Shown here piece after piece: positions 12,793 through 25,350 of a DNA stretch of 64,000 bases. The position numbers were made by a program, and so were the translations under genes. The notes under the pieces are model-generated. The model was not told the DNA's origin. It was given only the letters and a program-made list of their open reading frames with translations, and did no database searches. Source of the stretch: Tubiluchus corallicola (lineage: Eukaryota; Animalia; Priapulida); the NCBI GenBank assembly GCA_030141605.1, contig JAQGDQ010000197.1:310001-374000 (forward strand), read 5' to 3'. Each line of letters starts with the position of its first letter. Position 1 is the stretch's first letter.

Positions 12793-15725
12793 CAATGCCT
12801 TCGTCAATTAATTTGCCATTGGTCTAATTGCTGTAAGCATCATGTTTCTCTTAATAGGTGAGTATTTTTGCTTCTGAGCTGTGTAAATAAGAATAAAAAT
12901 GATGAGAAACTTTATTTAAACGTACTTTGAACAGATCCAGTTCCGATTATTTGAGCCTTTCTAATTAAAACTACCTTACTATTAATATTACTCGTTAAAC
13001 TGGCTTCCGCCTGATGCACCTGCCTGTTGATACTTGTACTGCCATCTATGATCGACTACTGACTATATTGGCTGTTCATTCACAATGCTTTATCAATAAC
13101 AGAGTGACGCAAATGATCTGAATCTACTGGTCGAAAATGTTCACTACATTTTACGAAGTAGTGAGTAGCCTGACTAGAGAAGAGGTATTTTCTCGCAGAG
13201 ATATTTTGTTGCTATAACTACGAAACTAACCAATAGATGTCTCTCACAGTTAAAGATAGGAGCTAGTCGAGAAGCTTGAGTAGAGAAGCTAGATATGGTT
13301 GAAACGAACAGTCTTTTCTATAGAATTTCACCAAAAATGCCACAAGCTTATGTTTAGTTAACAAAATAATCTGGACATATGGTTTATGTTAGTGGCGAGT
13401 AATACAAACGCAACGATTTGTTGAATGGAGCATTCAGTAGAATCGCTAGAGATACACTCCCTAGACAGAGAGCGATGTGTGATGACTGACCCTAAATATT
13501 TGGTAATGCAGAGCATCAACTTTGTCAGAAAAATAGCGAAAAAAATTATTGATCGGACGTTCGTTTTCGCTACAGCTAACCTAGACCATACTAAAAGGAA
13601 ATTTATCCAAACGCCAGTAGAACTAAAAGAGATAAAATTAAAAATGAAAGAAAAAGAAAGGAAAAGAAGGAACCCTAAAGAGAAAAGAAAGGAGGAAGCA
13701 AAGAGAGAATGAACGAATAAACGAACAAACAAATGAAAGAAGGATAAATTAGGAGAATGACTCCTTTTCGGGTGTTTGTTGAAAGTGGATGGAAATATCC
13801 AACAGTAGTAGTGTGATCGCCAGGTTATAGCATCTAGATAAACGCAATCAGCCTGCGATATTTTTTGTTTCCTTTCTTTTTTCTTTCTTTTTTTTTGTTA
13901 CGCTTTTACTGTTTTAGCTTCACTAGTCCTTTTAGCGCATTGCTAAAATTTGTATAGGAAAGTGTGTCTATTGAAAAAGACATTGAAAAAAACATTGTAC
14001 ACACTTTCTTATACAAATGTTACACAAAAAAACTTTAGGTCCCTGATGCTTCTTAACTAGTTAATAGCCTGAGAGGTGCTGCCTTGGACGATGATGACAT
14101 CTGACATTTCAGCCAAGGAGGAGCTGGATTAATGATTATAGGCAACACTGCTTCAGCTCTCTCTGGACACTTATCACGTAAACTCAATCTATAAGTAACG
14201 ATTGTGTTTACTGCACAGATTTCAGACCCTCGTGGAAGCTATGAAACTAGTTCTAATTTGATAGTCGATGACCACGTGACTCGGGTTTTAATAATACAAC
14301 TGCTATAATACTAAAAGGTGCTGTTCGCCAGTTGTACTGATACATATGACTTAGAAGACTATAACAGTAGTTCTTTGAGCACGGATACTTATATGTGTTA
14401 AACCAATACCCAGTGACCTCAATGAGAAGTTAACAGGGATGAATTTTCCGTGCTTTGTTAGTTTTCAAAAAGTTTCTTTTTATCGATTAATTTTTAACTT
14501 GCCCAGCCTGTGATTCCTTAGTTGTAAAAGACTTCATTAATAAAAAAGTTGTTCCTTGTTCCTTCAATCTGAAAACTGCTCTAACTACGATAGCTCCCAC
14601 AAAGTTTTTATGTAGATGTTGCATGGACTACAAAGAAATAGTTTGAACTCGCGGCAAACAACCGTGACGAGGAGAAACAACTAATAGATCTTACCCCCCC
14701 CCCCCCCCCATTCCGGGAAGTAACAAATCCGTTTTTCCCAGTTTCCTATTACAATTGTTTGAACGTTGAAGTTGTGTTACGTTTTGCGAAGGAAACAATA
14801 GATGTCAACTGTGGCAAAAAGCTTTCAGTTGTTTACTGTCTAAATTATTCCACAATATAGCACCATTATACTCTTTAGTACATGATAGACTGTTTCAGTT
14901 TTATAACATTGCTTCTGCATTTAGGGATGTGGAATTTGTAATAGGCTCTATTGTCGAGTTCCATATGAGTTATAATGTTGTTGTAATTGAAAAAAAAACT
15001 GTAATAAACATCAGGCACTAGGTTATTAACATATTTGTACGTGGACAGATTAGTTTGCCTATCGGCTGTATAACATTTTTTGAAAATTCCAACTGCTTTA
15101 CTAAGTTTTTAATAAATATGGTTGACATGTTTTCCACGATCAAACCTCATCCAAAATAAAATAAAATAAAATTTTTAACTTGTTTAACGTGAATGATAAA
15201 AGCACAAGCGACTTAAATCAGACAGTTCTCGTAAGATGTCTTTTGTTTTTTGCTACAAAAATGATAAAATTAGTATTTTTTGCATTCACGCTTAATTCAT
15301 AAGCCTTAACTTTAGTTCTTGGCAAACTGAAACTGGACGGCATTTAACAAATAAGTTACGTCCTTGGTTTTAAGGAATTGGTGTTATTTTAGCCATCTTT
15401 AGTTCTTTTAGTAAGACACCGGTCAGAGAAAAATATTGATTCTTTTATTATTCTGGTTGGTAAGCGTTACCACGATTGACTTACATACGGATTTATAACA
15501 TGAACAGTAACACCGTCATTTAGAAATTTATTTAGGAACTTTTGTTTGGGAACGTTTAAGAATTTCTGTCACTATTTTTAGTGAAACCTCTGTCTTCTTG
15601 TTTAAAATATTCTATGAAAGTTAGCAGTGTGACACGAATGGATATGAGACACGATGTGGTCTAAATGTGACATTGTAACTGCAATAAAGGTAGTTTTAAA
15701 TAAAACAATTAATCTCGTAAATTGG

Positions 15726-15731
15726 TTTATT
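15726..15731 (-). terminator. Candidate polyadenylation signal of the secreted-protein gene
   Basis: AATAAA on the - strand ~190 nt after the stop codon; the region is AT-rich, so the motif is not unique. Confidence 0.4.
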
Positions 15732-15920
15732 AAACATATATTTGTACAATACTGGATTAAATAAAGTATGGCCTTGATGATGTCACAATTGCTTGACACT
15801 AACAGGCGTTTTACTGCTTCACATACAAACGCCACTTCTGTAGATGGTTAGAGGCTGTAAGTAATACTATTGACTCTAATCATGCTAAACGTTGCTGCAT
15901 GAATGCTTCATGCTAATGAA

Positions 15921-17309
15921 TTAATAGAAATGATATGGCTGATGGAAAGTGTGAAGACGAGGATAAGGTCCATGACGTCCATCGCGTCCACCATAATGAG
16001 GCCCGCCATGAGTATCGTACCCTTGATAAATTGACGGGGGAGCTACGTATGAATGAAAACGGGAATTGGCAATTGGCCCGCCTTGTCCCTGGTGTATTGC
16101 AGGTTCTGGGTCTTCATGAATCACTTGTCTTGGTGCAACGTGGATGGAAGGCTCAGGCACAGAATGCACCGTTACACGCTTCGGTTCGAATCTCACCTCA
16201 GTGTATGGGTCGGGATCTGGAAACACCACGTGGTGCCGATCAAAATGTATTGAAGGATCCATGACAGGATATATCATTCGCTTTGGTTCAATATATCTTA
16301 AGGGCAGCACGTCTGGCTTAATATCTGCTGCCACTTCTTCAACTTCCACCACATGTGCTGGTGCTACACGTTCAACTTGGTGAACAACTGGTAGTGAGAC
16401 TGGTCGCTCGAATTGGAACACAGGTGCTGATTTTACTTCTTCCACTTGCTCAACTGCCACCACTTGTCTTGATGGAAGCCTATCAAGAAACCTAGTTGCT
16501 GATGCTACATTCCCAACTTCCTCAACTGCTTCTACCACCTGTCTTGATGGAAGCCTATCAAGAAACCTAGTTGCTGATGCTACATTCCCAACTTCTTCCA
16601 CTTCTTCAATTTCTTCCACTTGTCTTGGGGCTACTACTCGCATAATTCGCACTGGGGGCGCTACGTCTTCTTCCACTGTCTCTTCAATGCGTACTAGTCC
16701 CGGAGCGGCTCGCACAAGTGGCCTGGGTTCGATAGGTAACAGTGCTTTAGGGTGAGCTGCGGGCGTGGGCATTGGATCGTACTCTGTTGGCTCATAATAG
16801 AAACCTGGTTCTCTCTCAAATGCATAAGCAGCACCTTGTTCAGAACTTCCTTCGCCTGATGCTTCCTGTTTATATTCTTGGTGGGCTTCTTGTGATGCTT
16901 GTCGTGCAGCAGAGAGTGTAATACCAGCTTCTCCTTTACCAGATCCTTCCCTTTCTGAATAGCTGCTCTCGTACTCTTTTGCAGTGCCAGACTTAAACGA
17001 AGTACCAATGACAGCTGGTTTTCTTCTGCCCTCGTATGCTTCACGAGGAGCTTCGGCAGCTGCAACGTCACGCCACCTATTGAAGTCAAAACTTTCCAAG
17101 TCGACATAGTAATTATCGAATTTTCCTATTCCAAAAGGTCGGCTGTCAATATTGTTGAAATCCTGTACGTAGCTTCCGCGTTCATAACTAGGACGCTTGG
17201 CTACTACATACTCATCATCGTATTTGTAAGAGGCTCCAGTTCCAAATCCACCCCAGCACAGCGTACCAGCTATGCACGCTGACAAGATTACCACTCTTAG
17301 TAAGTTCAT
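15921..17309 (-). CDS. Secreted low-complexity (Glu/Val/Pro-rich, His/Tyr/Gly C-terminal) putative structural/matrix protein, 462 aa
   Basis: By far the longest ORF and GC-richer than its flanks. The ATG (17309) lies 1 nt after a strong acceptor (TTGACCTTGCTTTTTTCTAG|AATG). N-terminus MNLLRVVILSACIAGTLC looks like a signal peptide. Internal 25-aa repeat. No family recognised. Confidence 0.88.
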   Translation of the reverse strand: MNLLRVVILSACIAGTLCWGGFGTGASYKYDDEYVVAKRPSYERGSYVQDFNNIDSRPFGIGKFDNYYVDLESFDFNRWRDVAAAEAPREAYEGRRKPAVIGTSFKSGTAKEYESSYSEREGSGKGEAGITLSAARQASQEAHQEYKQEASGEGSSEQGAAYAFEREPGFYYEPTEYDPMPTPAAHPKALLPIEPRPLVRAAPGLVRIEETVEEDVAPPVRIMRVVAPRQVEEIEEVEEVGNVASATRFLDRLPSRQVVEAVEEVGNVASATRFLDRLPSRQVVAVEQVEEVKSAPVFQFERPVSLPVVHQVERVAPAHVVEVEEVAADIKPDVLPLRYIEPKRMIYPVMDPSIHFDRHHVVFPDPDPYTEVRFEPKRVTVHSVPEPSIHVAPRQVIHEDPEPAIHQGQGGPIANSRFHSYVAPPSIYQGYDTHGGPHYGGRDGRHGPYPRLHTFHQPYHFY

Positions 17310-17361
17310 TCTAGAAAAAAGCAAGGTCAATGTAATCCTGTTCCGTGTGTTGAGAAAGAGT

Positions 17362-17451
17362 GAAAGAGAGAGAGAGCGCGGGAGACAGAGAGAGAAAGAG
17401 AGACAGAAAGAGGGAGAGAGGGAGAGAGCAAGAGAGAGGGAGAGAGAGAGA

Positions 17452-17517
<66 letters not shown>
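17362..17517. repeat. (GA)n microsatellite in the 5'UTR intron
   Basis: Seen directly. Confidence 0.95.
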
Positions 17518-17520
<3 letters not shown>

Positions 17521-18636
17521 TTGTGCCAGATTGATGTTATTGATAGCGCTTTCAGTTAATTAAAACTTTGTAAACTTTGTAAAAAAGTTAAACTTGACTT
17601 TATGACATTAAAGACTTCTTTAAGTAACAATGTTTTAGCCAGCGAAGTAATAATAACCTCTTTTGGAATACAAAATGTTTCAACTTTTATCGAACAACTT
17701 TTTATGTCCCTAGCATAGCGTGTGCGTTGCGTTTATAATTGTGTCTACACAAAATTGCACTGCTGTTCAACATTTTTAGCGGATTCAGGATCTCATGTCC
17801 ATATTTTCAACTGGGACAACAGTGAGCTACTACAGATTAAAAAAAGGTCCCCTTATAAACACTATGATGGCACTCTGTATCCTTTCTGACCTTAACATGC
17901 AACAATATGAAATGTGGACACAGTAATAATTGTATAAAATGTTTCAGTAGAAGTAAAAAACGTAAATAACTTTGTCGCTCGTACATTTTAGCGTTAGAAA
18001 GTATTTGCATAACTTAGGCTGTTTAACAGTATGCCAAAAAAGTTTTCAAGTAAACTTTACTCCAATCGCTTCGACAGAACTTGGTTGAAAAATAATATTA
18101 ATGCACGCTGTCTGTTACCGGGCTATATTACGAATAGCAGAAAAGCTGCAAAAACTACAGGGAGAAGTGGCAACGTGTAACTCGAAACTGGAAAGCACAC
18201 CTAGTTTCAAATCATTAAATTTACCTCACTTCAGAAATGTCCGTAGGTCTATGCAATCACTTAGAAGTTTCAAATCAGTGAGTGTTATAGTATAATTATT
18301 TGTTGGTCATTTACTTATACTGCTTACAGCTGTCTTACATGCTTATTAACATTGCATCACAAAGAATAAAAAGTATAAACGTCATTAATATTTTTATTTA
18401 ACTGTACTAACGTTTCTATAAAGCATTCTTTGTGAAAAACATAATAAGTACATTACAGAAAAATACAACTTGTTAAGAGCCAAAGGACTTCACTGATAAT
18501 AAGCATAAAATTAAAAAGTTATTAAACAATGACAACAACAAAGAAACAAAAAATGATTCGTTTTAATTAATTACCTGTTGTCGATAATGCCTTTTATATT
18601 TCGATCGCATTTTTCCCAAAAAAATCCCGTACTCAC

Positions 18637-18736
18637 CTCTTATTAGACCGTGTGATAAAGGTCCTTCGAAGCGTCGAACCTCCCTGTAAGTGTCAAACAA
18701 ATGGCATAGTTGTAACACTTTCTCTACTCTTTATAA
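18637..18736 (-). promoter_or_regulatory. Probable TATA box and non-coding first exon of the secreted-protein gene
   Basis: - strand TATAAAG at 18735-18729; donor AG|GTGAGT at 18637/18636; inferred ~70-nt exon splicing to the acceptor at 17311. Confidence 0.55.
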
Positions 18737-21729
18737 TGCTTTTTTTAAAAGCTGACCCAAATGATTTAGCTTAGAGCAGTATCGCTTGACCAGAAGAAAG
18801 TGATGGGGCAGACGCAGTTTCAGGGGGCGCGCTGTATATTTGTTTTCTTGAACAATGTATAAACAAAAAAGGCAAATATTCCATTAACCTAAGAGCAGAG
18901 TTCTAAGACGTGCATCTTTTCCCAATTCTTAATAACAGTTTTCGGAACTTGTGTGATTTTAGACTTAATTTGTTCTGCTCTTGTTGAAATTCTTGAAGTA
19001 ATAAATAATGGTGCTTTAGTGAAAGTTTATTTATGAATCACTGTACCGTATTCACTTACTTCTTGATAGAGTTCAGAGGGTCACTAGATATCTGCAGCCG
19101 AAGGTTTTACTACACCTTTTTATAAGCTTTATAAAGCTAAACGTAGACCCAAATTGTGTTCAAAAAGAAAATATGTCCAATGTCTGCAATACACTGATAA
19201 ACATTTAATAAACAGTTAAGTAATAATAAGTCAAAAGTACCAATGACCCTATTTTTATTAATCATTTTCGGCTTCAGACAGGATCATCAATTTGTTATTA
19301 GCAGTGTCACAAGTAGGCTATACAAGCAAGTTTTGATTCAGCTTTGACATAGCTACAGGTGCAAAACTTATCACTTTTCTAGTACGTCAGGTGTATCAGA
19401 ATAATCAGGCCGGTCACAATTACTAAATGATAATTAAATTGTGTATCGTGACATTTTCTATGTTCGTTTGAGCAAAAACAGAATTCCGGGGGGAAGTTAA
19501 AGTTTGTGGTGTATTGGAAACACGTATGAAAACTTTTGCATACTGTAGATTTATAAGTAATAAAAAGTAATTAACTGCCAAACGTGAACCTAAATTGTGA
19601 TGGACGTTCACTTATATCACCAATTTTTAAACATACTTGTTTCTAATTTCTAGCTTGGTTAATTTACAGATGTATGCGCGCATGGTGTCTAAGGAAGTAA
19701 AATCATTAACCAAAGCAATACACCACGTTCAAAAAAGTTGGCACAGAAGATTAAGAACTTTATTAAATGTTCATTCTCACAATAAGTCCATTCTTTGATG
19801 AGAAATGCCTTATTGTATCGGTGAACATTGAATAGTGATATCTGGATTCGACTCAAGTTCAACGGATAGAATGGTGATTTCTAATTATAAATTTCAACAA
19901 AATTACCTACGAAAATCCTTCATCAACATTAAACACTCATTTTCACTTTGCTCAAAAATTATATTGTTTTTGTAGTTTGTGTGTTTATTTGTTCCTTCTC
20001 TGTCTATCTGTTGATTAATATATTTGTCTTGTCAAAGGTCTGCCTTTCTCTCCGCCTATCTGTTTATTTGACTGCATACAATTAATGAACTCTAAATCGA
20101 AGTACTGAAAATAATTTACCTTTCGCTTTCCAGTACTGTTTTAATGAGGGAATTTTTACCATTCAATGTGCTGGAATTTTCTAAAATGGAATCCATTCTT
20201 TAACCATTTGTGACTAGAATCATAATTATCAAATCAACTTCTGTATATGTGCTTTATGAGTATGAGTGATTAATGTTTAACGCTCATGTTTCAACGACCT
20301 CTTCTACACAGCCTACGGTCACATACAGTATAGTAATAATACAGGCTTTTCTGTCCCATATAATAATTTCGGTATAATTTCGCTTCTGTCTCGCATTATT
20401 AGTCTGTAAATGCAAAATTAATGCAAATGTTAAAGGTAAAAACGAATAATATGACATTCCTGTAATAATGACTTGTCGTAGCAGATATCTCAGCGAAAAT
20501 ATCAGATGTCACCTGACATTTAAAATCAGCAATTATGTAGCCAGTTTGATTTTGTCTACGCGATTATGAACAGTAGCTGCAAGCTTCATTTCATCAAACA
20601 ATAATTAATTCACCATCGTGACTGTTGTCATCATCGTTTTCGACGACTATCATCGTCATCGTCATAAATCAATGTATTTAAACATAACAGAGTTTAGAGT
20701 TTCATGCATCAGCCAAAAAATTACATCAAAATATAACAAATAAGAAACATACCATTTACTACAGAACAGATGACAGTTTCTCTAATTAAGAAACATTAAT
20801 TTAGGCCCCCGTGTATTCAACAGGTTAAAAGACGGATAAGTTAATGTTAAAAAACTACTCATATTTTTAACAATCTATTTACAATAGTTTCATATTACAG
20901 GCACGAGTGTGAAATTTGAATATTAATACTGTCAGTTGCATTATATACAAAGTTGATTATAAGTTAAGAACGTTTAAGTCATTCTGATTTCTGACCCGCT
21001 AAAAATTTAAATTTCTCTTGCTTAGGCATAACAGAAAAGTAGGTATAAATTGTAGGTATAAACTCATGTACACATACGCTTCATGTAGTTCATTAAATTC
21101 TTAATTGCTTAGTCCCACGCAGCAAGTGATTAAATTATAGTGTATTCCAAATTTCTAATTATATAACTATGGATCTCTGTTACACATCGCATACGCGCTC
21201 TTTCACTTACTACGTTTGTAGCCAGTGATTTTTTCTGTTTTTGTGTTTTTCAGCTACATTTTTATTTGCTGTGATTTTAATGATGGTATCCTTTTCGAAA
21301 TTTATCTAGATTTTAAGTAAAAATAACATTAAAAAATAGTAATGTCGTTTAAGTTTCCCCGTTTTTCCTACGCCGGCTCATTTACAATTCCATTCATACA
21401 CCAGTTAGTTGACAATAATCATCTAAGAAATTATTGTCTAAGAAATGCTTAACTCATAATTAATTAATTATGTTTAAAAGCTGAGTATGTGACAAGTATT
21501 CCTAGCACTCACTCTTAAATACAACTTGAATACACTCTTGAAAGAAGTACTGCATTACAGTAGATTTTTTGGACATTTTAACAATTGTTCTGTTTATTTA
21601 TATTTATTCACAAATTCAGGAATTCACTTGCATTACAGCTCAGATTTATTGCTAATGAGTATGAATAAAAAAAATCCCACAGTTAAAAAAGTTTCCTTTT
21701 TCCTTGTTTTTAAGTGCGTGATTTAGCTG

Positions 21730-21821
<92 letters not shown>

Positions 21822-21854
21822 TTTTCCCCCTCTCTCCCGTTCTCCCTCTCTCTC
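21730..21854. repeat. (CT)n microsatellite
   Basis: Seen directly. Confidence 0.95.
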
Positions 21855-22969
21855 TGAAATATTTATTCATATCCCTTAATCACCAACATAACGTGTAGAT
21901 TCTTTCAAAAAGGTATAAACCTAATTGCCAAGTACTTCATAATAACAGCTGTTGAGTTTCGGCTCAAGACAAATTCCTGTAGATCATATGTCTGTGTGCC
22001 AGAATTTTTTTTAAAAAATAATGTTGTACTTAGTTAGAAGTCGGTGAAGTTACTGCGTATAATAAAGAAGCACGTTTTGATAATCACTCGGGCAGTTAGA
22101 TGCTGAACTGCAGTTGATGCGCTATACCATTACCAGCATAGGAGATTAATTAATTTCCTGGACACCCTGGGGAACCATTTCGTAGCACGTCGGTCAACGA
22201 CTGAATTAACACAGCGTGTTAGAGCGGATCTACTTTGGGTGCACAAAGCAGTTGTTTTATTTTTAACAAAATGTAATGCAAAAAGATAATTTCAGGGCAG
22301 TAAGTAACACATTTATCAAATTTTTCTTTGACTGATTGGTAATATAGTTGCAGGAGACAACAGCAGTAAAAACTATCATTTATTCGTTCAAACTGGGGGA
22401 TAAACATCCATGTGAGGGCAACCTACGCTTTGGCTTTATTAATTGAATTGCCATCTCTATTGCTCGCATATGTCACACGACAGGACGCGGTTTAATGTGG
22501 CAAGTGGGTTTTCGGTTTTGTTTTTGATGTGTTCGAGTTTTAGATGAGGTTAAATCTTTTTATTGCGTAATAATTATTGTGTATTTTATAACGCAGAGCA
22601 AGTCCGCACCTACATGTGTACTGCTGTACAAAACAGGTGGATTGCACTAAATGTATATTATGGAGGATGCCAAAACGGAAAGAAGAGAATGTTTCGTGGT
22701 ATGAAAGTATTTTTGAAGCTTTGCAAAAAGGCGAAGATCATTGCAAAGTTTTTTTCTGTATGTTCGCGGTCACTAAAAAGAATAGAACAATATTGAAGCG
22801 CAACTGCACTGCGTTGCAGGTCTTTAGGGAGATCTTCAAAACGTAAAAACAATAGTCCAGATTTTTCAAACGTCAAAAGTTAAAAAAACAAAATGTACCA
22901 TTATTCAAACTACATGTCTTTAGATGCATGCTTTTGTGAAACCGTGATAATTTTATTTAGACTTTTTAG

Positions 22970-23239
22970 GTAGGGAGCCCTAGAGGTTTGGTAACAGTTA
23001 TGAAAAAATCAGTTTTCACTACGGTTGTGTTAACCGTTTTTTAACAAACGAAAAACAACTCTTCTAGTTTATTTAAAGAATTTACAGTAAGTTTACTTCT
23101 AGCTATGTAAATGTCGCTAAAATATATCACGAGTAAAAATATTCACGATTAGCGAGTTAGAGCCTTAGAAGGTGGCTCTGTCTGAGGGGGCCATAATTTC
23201 ATTAGCTAAGAGGCCACAAAAGGTCATAATTCAGCCCTG
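22970..23239 (+). mobile_element. hAT-like MITE, 5'-truncated copy 2
   Basis: Shares GTAAATGTCGCTAAAAT..CGAGTAAAAATATTCA and AATTTCATTAGC with copies 1 and 3; ends CATAATTCAGCCCTG. Confidence 0.7.
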
Positions 23240-24408
23240 ACTGCACGTCAAATTTTGCTTGTCAAACGGAAACATTCTTTAATATAAAACCATTTTTCAG
23301 TGTAAGCAAAATCACATTGGTAAAAATTATCAAATCTGCTAGCTCTTCTGTTCAAAGAAAACAGAAAAATCGTTAAAGTCTGCAAAAAATCTGCTGTTAA
23401 AAATGCAGAAAGCCTACTGTAATACTGTAACACAGTACTTCTTTAACTTGGCGTTTGCACATGCTAGCAGGGAACGATAAGTAAATAAATTATTGAAATC
23501 GAAAGGGAATAATGTCACGTGCTTTTAATATTAAAAATAAATAATCAAGCGTGCACGTCTGCGTGAAACACATATTGATATTCACAGACTTGTCTTCCTT
23601 CTTGTGCAACGAAATGTGCTTACAGATCTATGAGTACGCAAAATTTTATTTATAAATGTATCATTTTAGCGTTGTGTATGCATACGTTGCATTATATTTG
23701 TAACTGCTCTCGCTTTTATTCGTAGATAATCAGCTGGATAAAACTTGAATCTTGTGCGTATAAACAACAAAACAATAATTTTGCTGAGTTATCGGCTGAG
23801 AATTTGTATGATTGCAATGCTACGACTACGATGATATGGCGGAAAATTTGAATGATTGCAATACATGTAGTATGAGCTACTATAATACAAGACCGATGTG
23901 TTTGGAGAAATTAAGTATCCCTGGTAATGGAAAGATTCTTTCGTGGCAGTAAATCCCCCTCAGATCTGTGAAGTGCTAAGTACTTCAAGCTCAGAAGGTA
24001 TGCTCTGAGTCTGACGACGTCACGGCGATAAATACTCGCGGATAATTGGCAATATTTTAGTTCTGCTGGTAAATTATTTTTGTTATTGGAACATGTGGTA
24101 GGAGTATATAAGCGCGTAGTCAGTCTTATAATATATGCTCAAAATAAATTTTGAAGCTAAAGCAAGCCGATGTTTTCTCTACCCATATACGTATTAGATA
24201 ACATTTTCAATTGACAATGATAAAAACAAAAGCGAAAAAATGAACCTTATCAAACAAACGTGTGTGAACACATCTAGACCTTGTGTACGCAGAAATTGTG
24301 TAAAGATATTTTAACAGCAGAGATATAAAAGTACGAGTAAGCCAAATTATGTCTCTGTCTGTGCGAAACTGTTCTTTGATACTCTGTAATTAAATTAAAA
24401 CCATTGTC

Positions 24409-24516
24409 ATGGGCGCAAATCAAAGCGGAACAAGACTACACCCAGAAGACACACAAGGTTTGGAGGTTGGTGAGCGGCAAGTGCAGAGGATGATAAAAGA
24501 ACTTTCAACTTCGTCG
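24409..24516 (+). CDS. Candidate alternative first coding exon A of the TRPC gene (MGANQSGTRLHPEDTQGLE...)
   Basis: TATAAAAG at 24324; Kozak-like gtcATGG; phase-0 donors after 24465 (GAG|GTTGGT) or 24516 (TCG|GTGCGT), in frame with the 50385 acceptor. The link to TRPC is inferred. Confidence 0.4.
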
Positions 24517-24759
24517 GTGCGTGAGTAAATTGAGCTCAATATCTTAAAAATAGAATCTTCCACGAAAACGTTAAGTAAACTTTTATTAGTAAACTATAAG
24601 CTAAAACGCGCTGGAAGAGATAGGCGTAACTCAAGAAAAAAGTCTTTCACTCATCCTGCCTGCTTTTTAAGCATTTTTTGCATTAGGTGCTTACTGCATT
24701 TTTCACTTCAAGCTTCATCTGTTACACTTATACACAAGCACAATGAGTATCGTTGTCCA

Positions 24760-24835
24760 TCAGACAAACAGACGGACGGATGGGCAGGCAGGCAGGCAGG
24801 CAAGCAGACAGACAGGCAGCCACACACAGACAGAT
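24760..24835. repeat. Mixed tetranucleotide repeat (CAGA/CAGG/CGGA)
   Basis: Seen directly. Confidence 0.8.
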
Positions 24836-25224
24836 TTAACAGCCTAAATGTTATTAAAGAGACATAAATGATTGTAGAAAAAAAATTTATAGACGAAAAA
24901 AACTAAACTGATTTGGTAGCTGTTAGATCGCTAATTTAGTACAGTATCAAGATAATTTTGAGGGTGGATCGAAAGTTCCTGCATACACATTATTGTTGGT
25001 ATTATTTCCAGACCCAGACCTGGCAAAGCGGGATTTACTCTCAAGAGTAGTGCATTACTGTTAGATTTGGTCATTTGGAAATTCATTGTTGCTGTCATTG
25101 AGAGTCAATCACTAGCTGAGAGTTGACGGCTCTATACGCTTATCTTAGGCAATTATTAAATGCATGTGTTGTGCCTCCAATTCATATGCATGCAATCAGA
25201 AAGACTATCAACCTGCTCCTGCCG

Positions 25225-25350
25225 CTTGTTGCAGTCGGTATCGGGTCATCGAGACGCTCGTAAGTCAGACGTAGCCATTCAAGATGCATGTTGCAGTCAG
25301 ACGTAGCAATTTAAGACGCATGTCACAGTCAAAGGCAGCAACGACATGTT
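25225..25350. repeat. Degenerate ~32-bp tandem repeat, 3-4 copies
   Basis: AGTCAGACGTAGC(C/A)ATT(C/T)AAGA(T/C)GCATGT recurs. Confidence 0.7.

Noticed and set aside
13358-13732. 124-aa hydrophobic ORF and its opposite-strand charged ORF
   Set aside because: Driven by an A/G-rich low-complexity tract; no recognisable domain.
15935-17107. Overlapping antisense and alternative-frame ORFs
   Set aside because: Shadows of the real 462-aa CDS.
17272-17563. Poly-ER ORFs (also 21652-21870) and poly-I/N/L/Y ORFs at 26928, 40407 and 47405
   Set aside because: Translations of microsatellites.
22563-22876. Three overlapping ORFs, possible transposase N-terminus
   Set aside because: No diagnostic motif or termini identified.
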